Assembly (NCBI GenBank): GCA_013265495.1
Contig: MU058054.1
Span: forward strand, 744,001 to 808,000
Length of the DNA stretch: 64,000 bases
DNA from: Vicugna vicugna
Taxonomy: Eukaryota
Direction: 5' to 3'
Shown here in pieces: positions 39,533 to 49,902 of the stretch. The stretch's first letter is position 1, and every line of letters begins with the position of its first letter. Below the pieces are notes generated by a model. That model saw only the letters and a list, made by a program, of their open reading frames with translations. It did no database searches and was not told the DNA's origin. A program made the translations under genes and the position numbers.

Positions 39533-42500
39533 TTTACTTTTGTATCTCTGGCACTATAGATTATGGAGTATCAGTTACCTGCTGTAGTCTTGAAGGGCTG
39601 TTTTGTTTTGTTTTTCTTTTTAAAGAGGGTGCATTCCTGTGTAGACTGTGTGCCTCTAATAATTTTGTCACGAGGTCTGTTTTTAGTATGGATGGTTGCC
39701 ACATCTTTCTTCCATGTGTGTTGGCTGTTATCCCTTTGCTTGGGGTCGTGGCTGGTGATGCAGTCAGAGCCTGCCCTGGTTGTTGAGCGGGTTGTCACAA
39801 CCCTGGCAGGGGCTGGGTCTGTCCCCCTTTTGTTGGAATGGAGGCTTCCAGGCTTGTTTCTGAGCTGCGGTGTGTGGCAGGTGAGGTTGGAGTGCTTCAC
39901 CTACTCTGTTGACGCCCTTGTCCCCGCTTTAGCTGTTGGAATATCAGTACTCTTACTCCGGTGTCCCCCAGCCTCTCTGCCCTCAGAGCTACCAGTGCAG
40001 GTCCCTGGACTTCTGGGCCACACACCTGAATCGTGGCAAGCTATCGGGTCAGGGCCACCCCTGGTGCCAAATGCTGTTCCTGCACTCAACACCGCTATGC
40101 CAGCTCCTGTCATTTGTCTTAGAGGCCTGGACTCGCAGACCCCTCCACCCAGACCTGTAGCGGCTGTCAGTACCGTCCCCAGCGCCATGTCCGCGTAGGC
40201 TAGGCAGGCCTGCTGAAGATGCTGCACCAGCCCTCCCCCCAGCTCTGTGCCAGGACTCCTCCCCTTGCTCTATAGTCTTAGACGCCTGGGTCCACAAAGG
40301 CACCCTTGGAGCAAATCGGTCCCCTCTGCCTGGGGCTGGGTCTGTAAACAAATCTCAGTCCCACCTATGAAGTTGCCAAGCCCCTGGGTTCGGATTCAGG
40401 CTTCAACCCCACCTCCACCTGGAAGCTGTGCACCAGCGAATCTGGTGGCTGTGGACGAGCCCTGCCTCTCTCCCGCGATGGTAATGCGGGCCTGCGGAGA
40501 CAGTGGCTACGGCGCAGCCGCATTGTGTCCCTCCCCACAGCGCACACCAGCAGTGATGGTTTTTTATTTTAATGGGGGACCCAGGCCGTTCTATTCTGTA
40601 TACACTCCCAGCCACGGCCCACAGCACACTCCAGCCCCTTGAGGCTGCCTCTGCGCAGTTGGCCCCAGCCCTCCCCCCGGCTCAGGCAGCCAGTCCCGGG
40701 CCACCCCTGCCGGCCTGCGTCTAGGGCTGGGGATCCCAGGGACCCTCTGTGCCGGTTTCTCTCAGTTCTGTCGGCCAAGAGGCTGCTGCGCATTCCTCCC
40801 CATCAGAGGTTCCCCCCACCACCGCTGACCCCGCCATTGGAGAGGGGGCGTCCCAGCGTCAGAGCGCTATTCCTCCTTGGCCATTCCTCCCTGTGGGACA
40901 GATCACACACTAATTTTCTTTTTCCTCTTTTTAAATTTCTTTTACCAGAATTTGTGAGGAATTCTGTCTTTTGAGGAAGGCAATGTTCTGTCAAAGTTCA
41001 GGAGGTGTTCTGAGTGGATGCGTAGGTCCATGGATGTCTCGGTGTATTCGTGGGAGAGGGTGAGCTACAAGCATCCTTGGTTGCTCTCCTATTAAATAAT
41101 TTTTAAAAATACCCAAGCCCAGCTAATTCAGAGTTAACTGTCAAGAGAGGCTAAAGAATGCCACTTCCCTTCATAAAATCACCAACATCTAGAGCAGGAA
41201 AGACTTTAACAACCATGATTAGCATCCCTCTTTTTTTGTTTTTTAAACAGATCAGAAAACAGAGGCACATTGACTTGTTCAAGATCACATGGGGAGGCAG
41301 AACCAGGAATGGAATCCAGGCTTTCTGACCACTAGATCAGTTCTCCTCCCTTTATTCAGACTTTTCTGTCATTTATTCATTATTAGAATTGGGGCATTCC
41401 GTTTTTTAAATTGTGGTAAAATACACATAGCATTTAATCATTAAATGTTTAGAAGTCTCTTTAAGTAGGCAAACTCATGAACGTGGAACAAAAGTCAAAA
41501 GGCACACAGAGCTTTCCGGCATACAGTGACGAGCCCGGCACCCTCTCCCTCCTGTCATCCCGGATCCTGTCCTTGGAGGCAGCCGCTGTAAAGAAGGAGA
41601 CATTGTGAATAGGCCATTTGGGTCTAATAACGTGCCTAAACCGACATTGTATTGTGTCACTCTTCAAGGATTGTGGTTTGGCCTGCCAGGCTGAGGTCGT
41701 GCCCAACAAAGCAAAAACACAAGCCATGGAATTAGAATACGGAGAGATTCGTGAATTGATCTGAAAATTCCCCAAACTCCAACTTATTTCCAGTAATAGA
41801 AGTGAGGGCTCTCTTGGATCAGTACTCTTACTCAGACAATGCCTTTTGTACAAAGAGCCTAAAGTATTTTGTAAAAGCTCTCGTAAAATCCCCGAGTATG
41901 GCATAACTGCTCTGCATTAAAGTCTGTAGCACACTGGCCAAAGAGAAAGAATTATGATGGTGTTTGAATAAACACCCCAAGGCTCTGTGAAACCATCCAT
42001 CAGTGTGGAACATCACATGGATCTGCTTCTCTCTGCCTCCACGGCCCACCTTGATGAAACCTTAGTGCCTGGTCCTTGGGTGGGCCACACCCAGGCATGG
42101 GGCCTGGTGAGTTCCTCCCAGTGTACGCAAGTTGGATGAGGGGCGAAGGGGGCTCCAGGAGTCCACGTGCACGTTTGGCCCCGCTGCCACCGCTGAGGTT
42201 GTGGGGCCGGAAGAGCAGCAGGGCGGCAGCAGGCTCTCAGTACTGCCCAGCGCTCGGTATCCTTGAAGCCCGGGTCCTGACCTGGGCTGAGAGCCGTGTG
42301 TGGTCAGTGGGGCAAGGTGACGGCCCATGTGGTGAGAGGTGAGCCCGGAAAAGCCACAGGCCTTGACCCCGCAAGCCACAGTCGGGGCTTCCTCCCAGTT
42401 CAGGAGGAGAATCTCTCCAAGAGAAAGGGAGGCTGAGGAGACTACAAGTGGCTCTCTTTCTGTGATTCTCCAGGGGGCTGGCTGACATCGGGTGTCACCC

Positions 42501-43335
42501 GCAGGGGAGAGGATGTGGGACATCTGCAGGTTGTTTCAAGAGAGATGCGAACGGGTTCAGGTGTCTTTTTGAGAGAGCAGTTCTTTGATTTCTGTACTTT
42601 AGACTCTTGAATTGGGGGTTTCACGTTCTGCCCTAAGACAGTGCTTTCTTTGTTTGTTTTTCCAACTTTCCTGATCCTAGGGACTCTCCTAGAGTACTTG
42701 CTACAATTCAGATTCCTTGGCCTCTGTCCCAGAGGTTTTGCCTCAGTCTGAAGGAGGGTTCTTGATTCCTGGGGTAGTTTTAGTAAGTGTCTAGGTGATT
42801 CTGGGGGACGCTGTCAGGTCAGGGCTGGCTGCTTACACCGTCATCCATTCTAGATGTTTCGCTCTAGATTTGTATTATAAATACAAATATAAAAAGTGTT
42901 GGGAACCTTAACTGCCAGTGGCCTATTCATATATAAAGCGTTTTTTTTTTAAAAAAAAAAAAAGGTGAATGTTCATTTTCACCTGATAATAATGCCTTAG
43001 CAGTGATTCTTTTTAATGTTTTTTAATTGTTTGAAACACTGAAATACTGACTCATAGTTCATAGTGACTACTAAAACATCAGTTCTGTTCATCTTTGCAA
43101 ACAGAACCACTGAGTGGCCTTTTTTGTGTTGTAATGGAACTGCCGTGTATTCGACCTGGACCAATGCTCTGTGATTTAAAAATTATTCAGGATCTAGAGA
43201 GTATGGTGATTGATAGTAATTATTTTTTATGGCTAAGACTTTTATAATGAGGAAGTAGCCATTATTTCCTCATCACAGTTGTGTTAGTTTACAATGTAAA
43301 TAAAAAATTTCAGTGATTGTATTTTTTCTTTTCAG

Positions 43336-43418
43336 ATAGGAACCAGGGCTTTAGCCTTCTCAGCTCACTGGCTGGAGCAAACCATAGCCTTGGACCAGCG
43401 GAGCCCTGCCACTCGGAG
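43336..43418 (+). CDS. AAGAB: AAGAB coding exon 6 (83 bp; DRNQGFSLLSSLAGANHSLGPAEPCHSE)
   Basis: Long pyrimidine tract plus ttcag| acceptor, |gtgagg donor; similar to the recalled human linker DRNQGFSLLNSLTGTNHSIG. Confidence 0.92.
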
Positions 43419-44238
43419 GTGAGGATTTTTCCTGGGTCTTTTCTCTGCTTTGGCTTTTCATTTCTACTCATCACTGTGAATCTGCACCATTTACCTTCTT
43501 TCCCTTTCCATTTAAGAGGTGGCAAAGAATATTAGAAATAGATAAAAGGAGAACCTAAAACAGCCGTCTTCTGCTTGCTACCTGTTGAGAGCAGGCTAGT
43601 CCAGCGTTAAAGCAGTAGCCCTTTTGAGATGTTTGCAGTTTGGGCTGTTCTGTGTGTTTTTGCTAAAGTGCTTTAAAAATGTGCTGGAATATCCTTGAGG
43701 TATAAAATTGCCTCCAGATCTTTAAATATAAAGTAAAATTAATGGTTCTTTTGAAGTACTTCCTGTGTACTGTACAAATCTGAAGCAAGGTCTTTGCCCT
43801 TAATGAGTTTAACAGGCCGATTTCAGCGCTCTGTCCTCAGGACCTGGGTCCAGGTTTGCACATCGTGCACACTGGGCCACGGGGTCTTTCCAGGACCTTC
43901 TTCCTCAGTCTCTGAGCTGTTTGTGATCGGATCTTCTACATTCTCAGATTTTGACTAAAACAGGGTCTTAGACAAAACAAACAATATGTTTTAATAGTCA
44001 ATAGCAAAATCATAACACTTTCTGATTTTTCCTGGAGGAAAAACACTCCTGAGTTTGTGACTTTTTAGCCTTTTTTTTTTTTTAATGTGACCTTGACCCT
44101 TCCCCCACCTCTCCTGGTCTCCAGCTCCTATTTCCTGTTTCTCTAAAGCTAACCAGCGAGTGGAAGAGTGAGCCTTTTGGGTTTAGTTCTGGAGCAGCCT
44201 CCTGTTCAGTTGTTGCTTGTGTGTGTGTTCCTCAGCAG

Positions 44239-44335
44239 CAGCCCCGTTTGCCGGCGGCAGATAGGACCGACTCCCTCTCGGATCACCCAGGTGGCGCGTC
44301 TAACACGGAAGACACTCAGGCCGACAGCGTTGTGG
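44239..44335 (+). CDS. AAGAB: AAGAB coding exon 7 (QPRLPAADRTDSLSDHPGGASNTEDTQADSVV); 5' boundary ambiguous between 44236, 44239 and 44242
   Basis: ctCAGCAGCAG tandem acceptor, |gtacgt donor; similar to recalled human QPHLPAADSTESLSDHRGGASNTTDAQVDSIV. Confidence 0.88.
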
Positions 44336-44682
44336 GTACGTTCCTCCTCTGGCTGCTCTGTGGAACTTGCAGTAGCCAGTGTGTCGGGGCATAAATCATC
44401 CAGAGGGGAACCGACTTTAAGTGAGGACTGGGGAAGAAACTCGACAGCGCATCCCACGTGAGCGTGAGCCTTGAGGGTGGCTGTCAGAGAACGGAGGGAG
44501 ACTAAACGCATTGCAGATCTGTGGGTGCCATTTGCTCCCTGATTCTCTTAGCAGGATCTTGATTCAGATCCTCTCAGCAAAAACAGACAGAGCCAGGGAG
44601 TGAAACAGATTTATATCTCCATCTTCCAGTTTTTTCGCAGTATTTCACAATAGTCAGAATTGATGGTAACGAGAATAATGCA

Positions 44683-44821
44683 GGGGGAGGGCATAGCTCA
44701 GTGGTAGAGTGTATGTCCAGCACGCACGAGGTCCTAGGTTCAGCCTCCATTAAAAATAAACAAAGAAACCTAAGTGCCCCCATCCCAAAAATCAAACTAA
44801 AAAATAAAATTGAAAAGAAAA
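44683..44821 (+). mobile_element. tRNA-derived SINE (vic-1-like)
   Basis: gggggagggcatagctcagtggtagag head, A-rich tail, TSD agaataatgca (44672-44682) / agaatgatgca (44822-44832). Confidence 0.88.
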
Positions 44822-45529
44822 AGAATGATGCAGCTTTATAAGCCCTCTCATGTCCTTTCAAAGTTCTTTTATGTCCACATTCTCATTTGGTAATAAAGGT
44901 TGGCAGTGAAGTTCTTTTACAGAGATGAAGGTGAGGCCCAGAGCAGTTTAATAACTTGCCGAAGGGCATCTAACAAGAAAGTCCTGGGACGGAAGCTGGA
45001 ATTGAGTTTGCTGTCCAAAAGCCAGAAAGCCAAGGGGCTTAACTGACAGTAACGATAAACGTTCTTTTGTCGGGAACTACCGACATCTCTGCATTCTCTT
45101 TATACCGCAGAGGGCCCGCGTGCAGTAACGAATTTCTAAAGCGTTCTTTTTTCTGTTTATAAGATAATCCATGTAGAAAACTCAAGTAGGTGGTTATGGA
45201 AACAATAAGAGGCATAAATTACACGGAGTCTTTTTTCTTCCCAGTTTATTCAGCCTTGTCCTCTCAATGGACTCCTTCCTATTAGCTTTGAAACCTGCTA
45301 AGGTCTCTGCCGTGAAAACAAACCACTGAGCAGCTGAAGGCGGTGGGGAGGATAAGAATGAACTCGGAGACCTTGGGGAAATGGTATTCTGCCCGGATAC
45401 CACGAGGCCGAGAACAGCACGAACTGAACACAAATACTGCCCTCTACTTAGTCAGTTTGATTCTTGCAGGGGTATGGATTCAAAATTCTGAAATTAAATA
45501 CATTTTACATGTATTACGGTTGAAAAAAT

Positions 45530-46920
45530 AAAGTGTGGATAAAGAGAGCTAGGTTTCTCACTGTCAGAGAAGTTACCCATAAGGAAAGGGGGAAGCTGGG
45601 ATGACCCTTTGGTACTAGACTAGAATTGAAAGCATCAGGATGAACTCGTGGTTTTTAAAATACAGTAAGAGCAGTTGAGAAATAAATATAGCTATGTGTA
45701 TGCATGTGTTAGTGCACACGTGTATGCACACTTCCTAGCTCTGTCCACTCAGAGGGTCTCAGAAGCACAATACTCTGATAGCAGTGGGCACACTTAGCAC
45801 TGAGATCTTGGTTTCTAAATACCATTCTCCAAGAAAAGGTGCCAGGGCTACTTGGAGAAGTGGTTGATCCAGGGCTGGAGCAGGAAAAGTCCAGGATGTA
45901 CCTGGAGCATCTCATGGCGCCAGCAAGTGCTCAAAAAAAGAATGGGGGCATGTTGAAAGGGCACAGGAACCACCTGAGAGAGCTCCCTTTGGCTAAAGCT
46001 AGAACACCTTGATCAGCAAAGTAAATTAATACAGTATTGAGCTGTAACCCATAGAATAAAACACATGTCTGTGAATACACACTAATTTGAATAAATAATT
46101 GAGTAAATACATAACTAGGAAAGAAAGGGCTGCTCCCCTTACAGAAGAATTCCAGTGAATAAATATAGATGTTCTGAGGGAACTAGAAACTCACCGTTAG
46201 CCGCACAGCACAGTGATAGTTGTAGGCAAGATCCACTGATGGATGGTAAAATCAGTAGGTGAAAGTTTGGGAAGAAACACATTTCCAGTCTAAAAGTATC
46301 TCTCCCCAGTTATGTATTTATTACAAAGGGGAAGATAGTGACTATATACAGGAGAAACCCAGCAGATAACCCTCAAAGTGATGAAGATTTCATCACCAGT
46401 GATCAGTCGTGTTGACGTCATCTCCCCCCGATATGATGCCCCGAAAGGGCACTCACTTCTGTGGTGTTCCTGCCAAAGGGCCATAGCCTCCACCTAGTAA
46501 CATGACAGCATCAGACAAACCCAGACTGAGGGATACGATACAAAGTAACTGACCAGGTATTCTGCAGAAATGTCAAAATCATGAAAGACAAGGAAAGACT
46601 TAGCAACAGTCACACACTGGAGAAGATTAAGGAGGTTTGACAGCTGAATTCTGTGTAGAATCCTGGATTGGATCCTGGAGCAGAAAAAAAGGGTATTAGT
46701 GGAAAAACTGACGATGTTTGAATGAAGTCTGTAATTTAGTTAATAGCACTGTTCCATTATTAACTTCTTGACGTTGTAATTGTACTCTGGTTACCTAAGA
46801 TGTTAACGCTAAGGTGGGCGCGGGGCGGGGGGTGGTTGGGGAAGGGCATACGGGAATGTTCTGTACTATTTGCACAGCTTTTTTTGTAAGACTGAAATTA
46901 CTTGAAAATTTTAAAAAAGG
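45530..46920 (+). mobile_element. Old L1MC-like 3' region
   Basis: ctaggtttctcactgtcagagaag, tcagacaaacccagactgaggga, atcctggattggatcctgga and tgtactatttgcacagcttt, ending in an A-rich tail. Confidence 0.6.
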
Positions 46921-48566
46921 CAAAACCAAGCCAACAAAAGTGAAACGCTCCCTCAACTCCACATCTCCTTCGTTTTTTCTTTACTAAACTCATTTCCATT
47001 CTTTGCCTCTCATTTATTCCTCAACTGACCTCCACCTAGCTCTTGCTCCCATTTTCCACTAAAACAGCTCACCAGCGACCACCTCCATGCCACTAAATCT
47101 AATAGATGACCTCCTGTCCTCACCTTGACCTCATGGTGACATTCAGTGTTAGGGATCAATCCCTTTTCCAAACATTATCTTCTCTTGACTCCCCCAGCAC
47201 ATCTCCTGGTGGCCTTCCTATTTCTCTGATTATTCCTTCTCTTTCTTTGAAAGGTTCCCCTCCTATCCCCAGCCTTTAAATATTGCCATTCCTCATGTTC
47301 TGTCTGCACTCCTCTTCTAAATCTGTATTTAAGCATGATGTGGTTCTCTCCACATCCACGGTTTAATTATCACGTATACACAGGTAAATCACAAATTTTT
47401 ATCTCTAGCCCTATATGCCAACTGCCCATCGAACTAAAGCAGATTTATTCACCAAATGCATTTTTAACATCAAATTATCTATGTGGCATGGTAGTAGATG
47501 CAAAGAGTTATGTTATTATCCTTGTCTTCAAGGAGCTTATGGTCAAAAAATGCAGAGACAAGCTTTATAATGTAATGGGTAAAGCCATGGCCTTGGAGTC
47601 CTGGACAACTCGTTTCAAGTAATGACTTTAGCACTAGGAGTGAGATGACCTTGAGTAAGTTATTTAGCCTCTGTGGACCTTAGTTGGCCCATCTATAAAA
47701 TGGGTGTAAAATCTTTCCTTATAACGCGGTTGCACAAAAGGAAATGGATTCGTGTTAAGTTCAAGCACTCGGTGGTGCAGACAAAGCAAACTCTCTCTCT
47801 TACTGTGGTATGTGCTGCAGTGATGGTGGAGAGATGTCAGAATACACAGTAGCGTATGCCAGTGCCAAGGCAGCCCTATAAACACCAAGTGTGGGACAAA
47901 TTCAAAGGATGGAGACCTGTGATCTGGGACGGGCAGGAAGATGTCCTAGAGGTGGTCGGCCCAGAATGGAGGATGAGTAAAAATTCTGATTAGAAACAGA
48001 CTTTGGTAGAGAGGTCACATGCTGAGGTAGACACAGTACAGGATTTGTAGTACGAAAACAGGAATTTGGCTCTGCTTCTGAACAGCTGTAATTCTAGATG
48101 CGTTCCTTGTTAAGCCCAGGTTGCTTCATGTGGACAGTGATATCTGTCCTAAGCACCTTACGTGGTTGTTAGTAATGGATATGAAAATATTTGTTGTACA
48201 GTAAAATTTGGTCTAAATTTCAGGCGTTTATTGACTCAGTGTACCTTAGGTGGAGGGCATGGCCTTTAGAGTTGGAAGCACCTAAGTCTGACTACCAAGG
48301 TCACACTTAACTAGCGTGACCTTGAGCAAGTCGCCTGAACTCTGAGCTCTAGTTTTCTCCAGGATGGACACGGTGTTGGTTGTTACAGTGTCGTAAGGCC
48401 AGGACCAGTGACTGCTCACTTACGGAGGGCCCGCCAGCAGCCGCGCGGCAGGAAGCACCGTGGGCCGTGCCGCTGGGGCGCAGTCTGACCCAAGCTAGCT
48501 GGATTGCTGTAGGCTTCTGTGTATTTAGCACGTACGTACATAACGCGAGGCAAATCCTTCTTTCAG

Positions 48567-48671
48567 ATCCCACGTTAGACCTGGATATTCAAGAACTGGC
48601 CAGTCTTACCACAGGCGGAGGAGATTTGGAGAATTTTGAAAGACTGTTTTCAAAGTTAAAGGAAATGAAAG
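48567..48671 (+). CDS. AAGAB: AAGAB coding exon 8 (105 bp; [35 protein letters not shown])
   Basis: tttcag| acceptor, |gtaatc donor; conserved C-terminal helical segment [14 protein letters not shown]. Confidence 0.96.
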
Positions 48672-49125
48672 GTAATCCGATCCATTGTGTCTCCCGGGCT
48701 CCCACACTGATGCTCCTGTGTTGTGTGTAGTAGGAGTTAACTTTGTAACTGCTGCTGTAGCCCTTACTCTAGTCTCATCTGAGAAACTTAGCTGCTGGCG
48801 AACTGCGCCATCCTCTGTTGGTAAAAATTCCCTGGGGGACCTTTTCCTCTTCATTCTTTTTTCTCTTACTTTCCCTTCTTCTCTTGCCTTTCTCTCTCTC
48901 TTTCAGTGTGTCATTAACATGGAATCAGTCAGATCCCTACCAGTTTCCCCACATCATTCCCATCTGGAAAATCTGGAAGACTTAAACTTCCTAACAGCTG
49001 TAATGACCACACCATAAACATGTGTCTTTGAAACCCATCTCCCATCTTCTAGCGTTAGAACATCCATCCACTCCAGATGCTCCCGTGCTATTAGATGAAT
49101 TTCTTAAGATGTATTTTCCCCCTAG

Positions 49126-49175
49126 ACAAGGCTGCGACGCTTCCTCACGAGCAGAGAAAGTTGCATGCAGAGAAG
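49126..49175 (+). CDS. AAGAB: AAGAB coding exon 9 (50 bp; DKAATLPHEQRKLHAEK)
   Basis: cctag| acceptor, |gtgaga donor; frame continuous. Confidence 0.95.
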
Positions 49176-49824
49176 GTGAGAAAATCAGTCGTGTATTTAT
49201 TGAGTTCCTACCAAAGGTCCAGTGCTGTTGGAATTATATGTCACACTTGTTCACTCCTTAGTGTCCTAGTGTGAGCTTGTAATTGGGTATTAACTTTTAG
49301 TTAATTGACTGTTTACACGGTAGTGATACAGTTGCTGCGGTCAAACCAGGATTGCCCAGTGTATGTTGAGTGACATGGAACATTGAGACTCAGGATGTTT
49401 GCCTTCCCAGCTGTTTGTGAGGCTGGAAAACTCTTAATTATTTTGTTTTGTTCAATTTTGGGTGGTTATTACCCATGCAACACCTGTTCTTGGAGGGAAG
49501 CATGTGTGGATTACGGTGTCCCATTGTGTGAAGGTGGCATAATCTATTTACCCAGGTCCCTTTTGGACATTTAAGTCATGTGCATTTTTTGCCTCTGTAG
49601 TGAAGCTGGGCACATCCTTAACACTTATGTGTACGACTCTGATTCTGTCCTCACTATAAATTGTAGAAATGTAAGAACTGGGTTGGGACGTTCGAGATAT
49701 CCGTTGCCAGAGCGCTGGAGGGCAAGGTGTAGAATTTTAAGTCTTAATCAGTTCCATGTATGACACATGAAATGAGCTGAAGTACAACTGTTGCCTAAGA
49801 TTCGTTGCTTGCCTCTCTCGCCAG

Positions 49825-49902
49825 GTGGCCAAGGCATTCTGGATGGCAATTGGGGGAGACAGAGATGAAATTGAAGGCCTTTCATCTGATGAAGAACACT
49901 GA
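49825..49902 (+). CDS. AAGAB: AAGAB terminal coding exon 10 ([29 protein letters not shown])
   Basis: ccag| acceptor; TGA at 49900-49902; matches the recalled AAGAB C-terminus. Confidence 0.96.
   Translation: MAKAFWMAIGGDRDEIEGLSSDEEH

Larger units (their letters stand above)
33975..41090 (-). mobile_element. Near full-length degenerate LINE-1 (~7 kb), antisense in AAGAB intron 5
   Basis: GC/CpG-rich 5' UTR (~39535-41090), ORF1 remnant, inter-ORF spacer, ORF2 remnant with EN and RT motifs, 3' UTR and A-rich tail. Many stops and frameshifts. A SINE is nested at the 3' end. Confidence 0.93.

Noticed and set aside
46814..46846. G-quadruplex-like G-run cluster
   Set aside because: It lies within an old L1 3' end where G-rich tracts are common; nothing indicates function.
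48513..48566. In-frame alternative upstream acceptor for AAGAB exon 8 (+18 aa)
   Set aside because: The frame is open, but the AG at 48511-48512 has a weak pyrimidine tract and nothing else supports its use.
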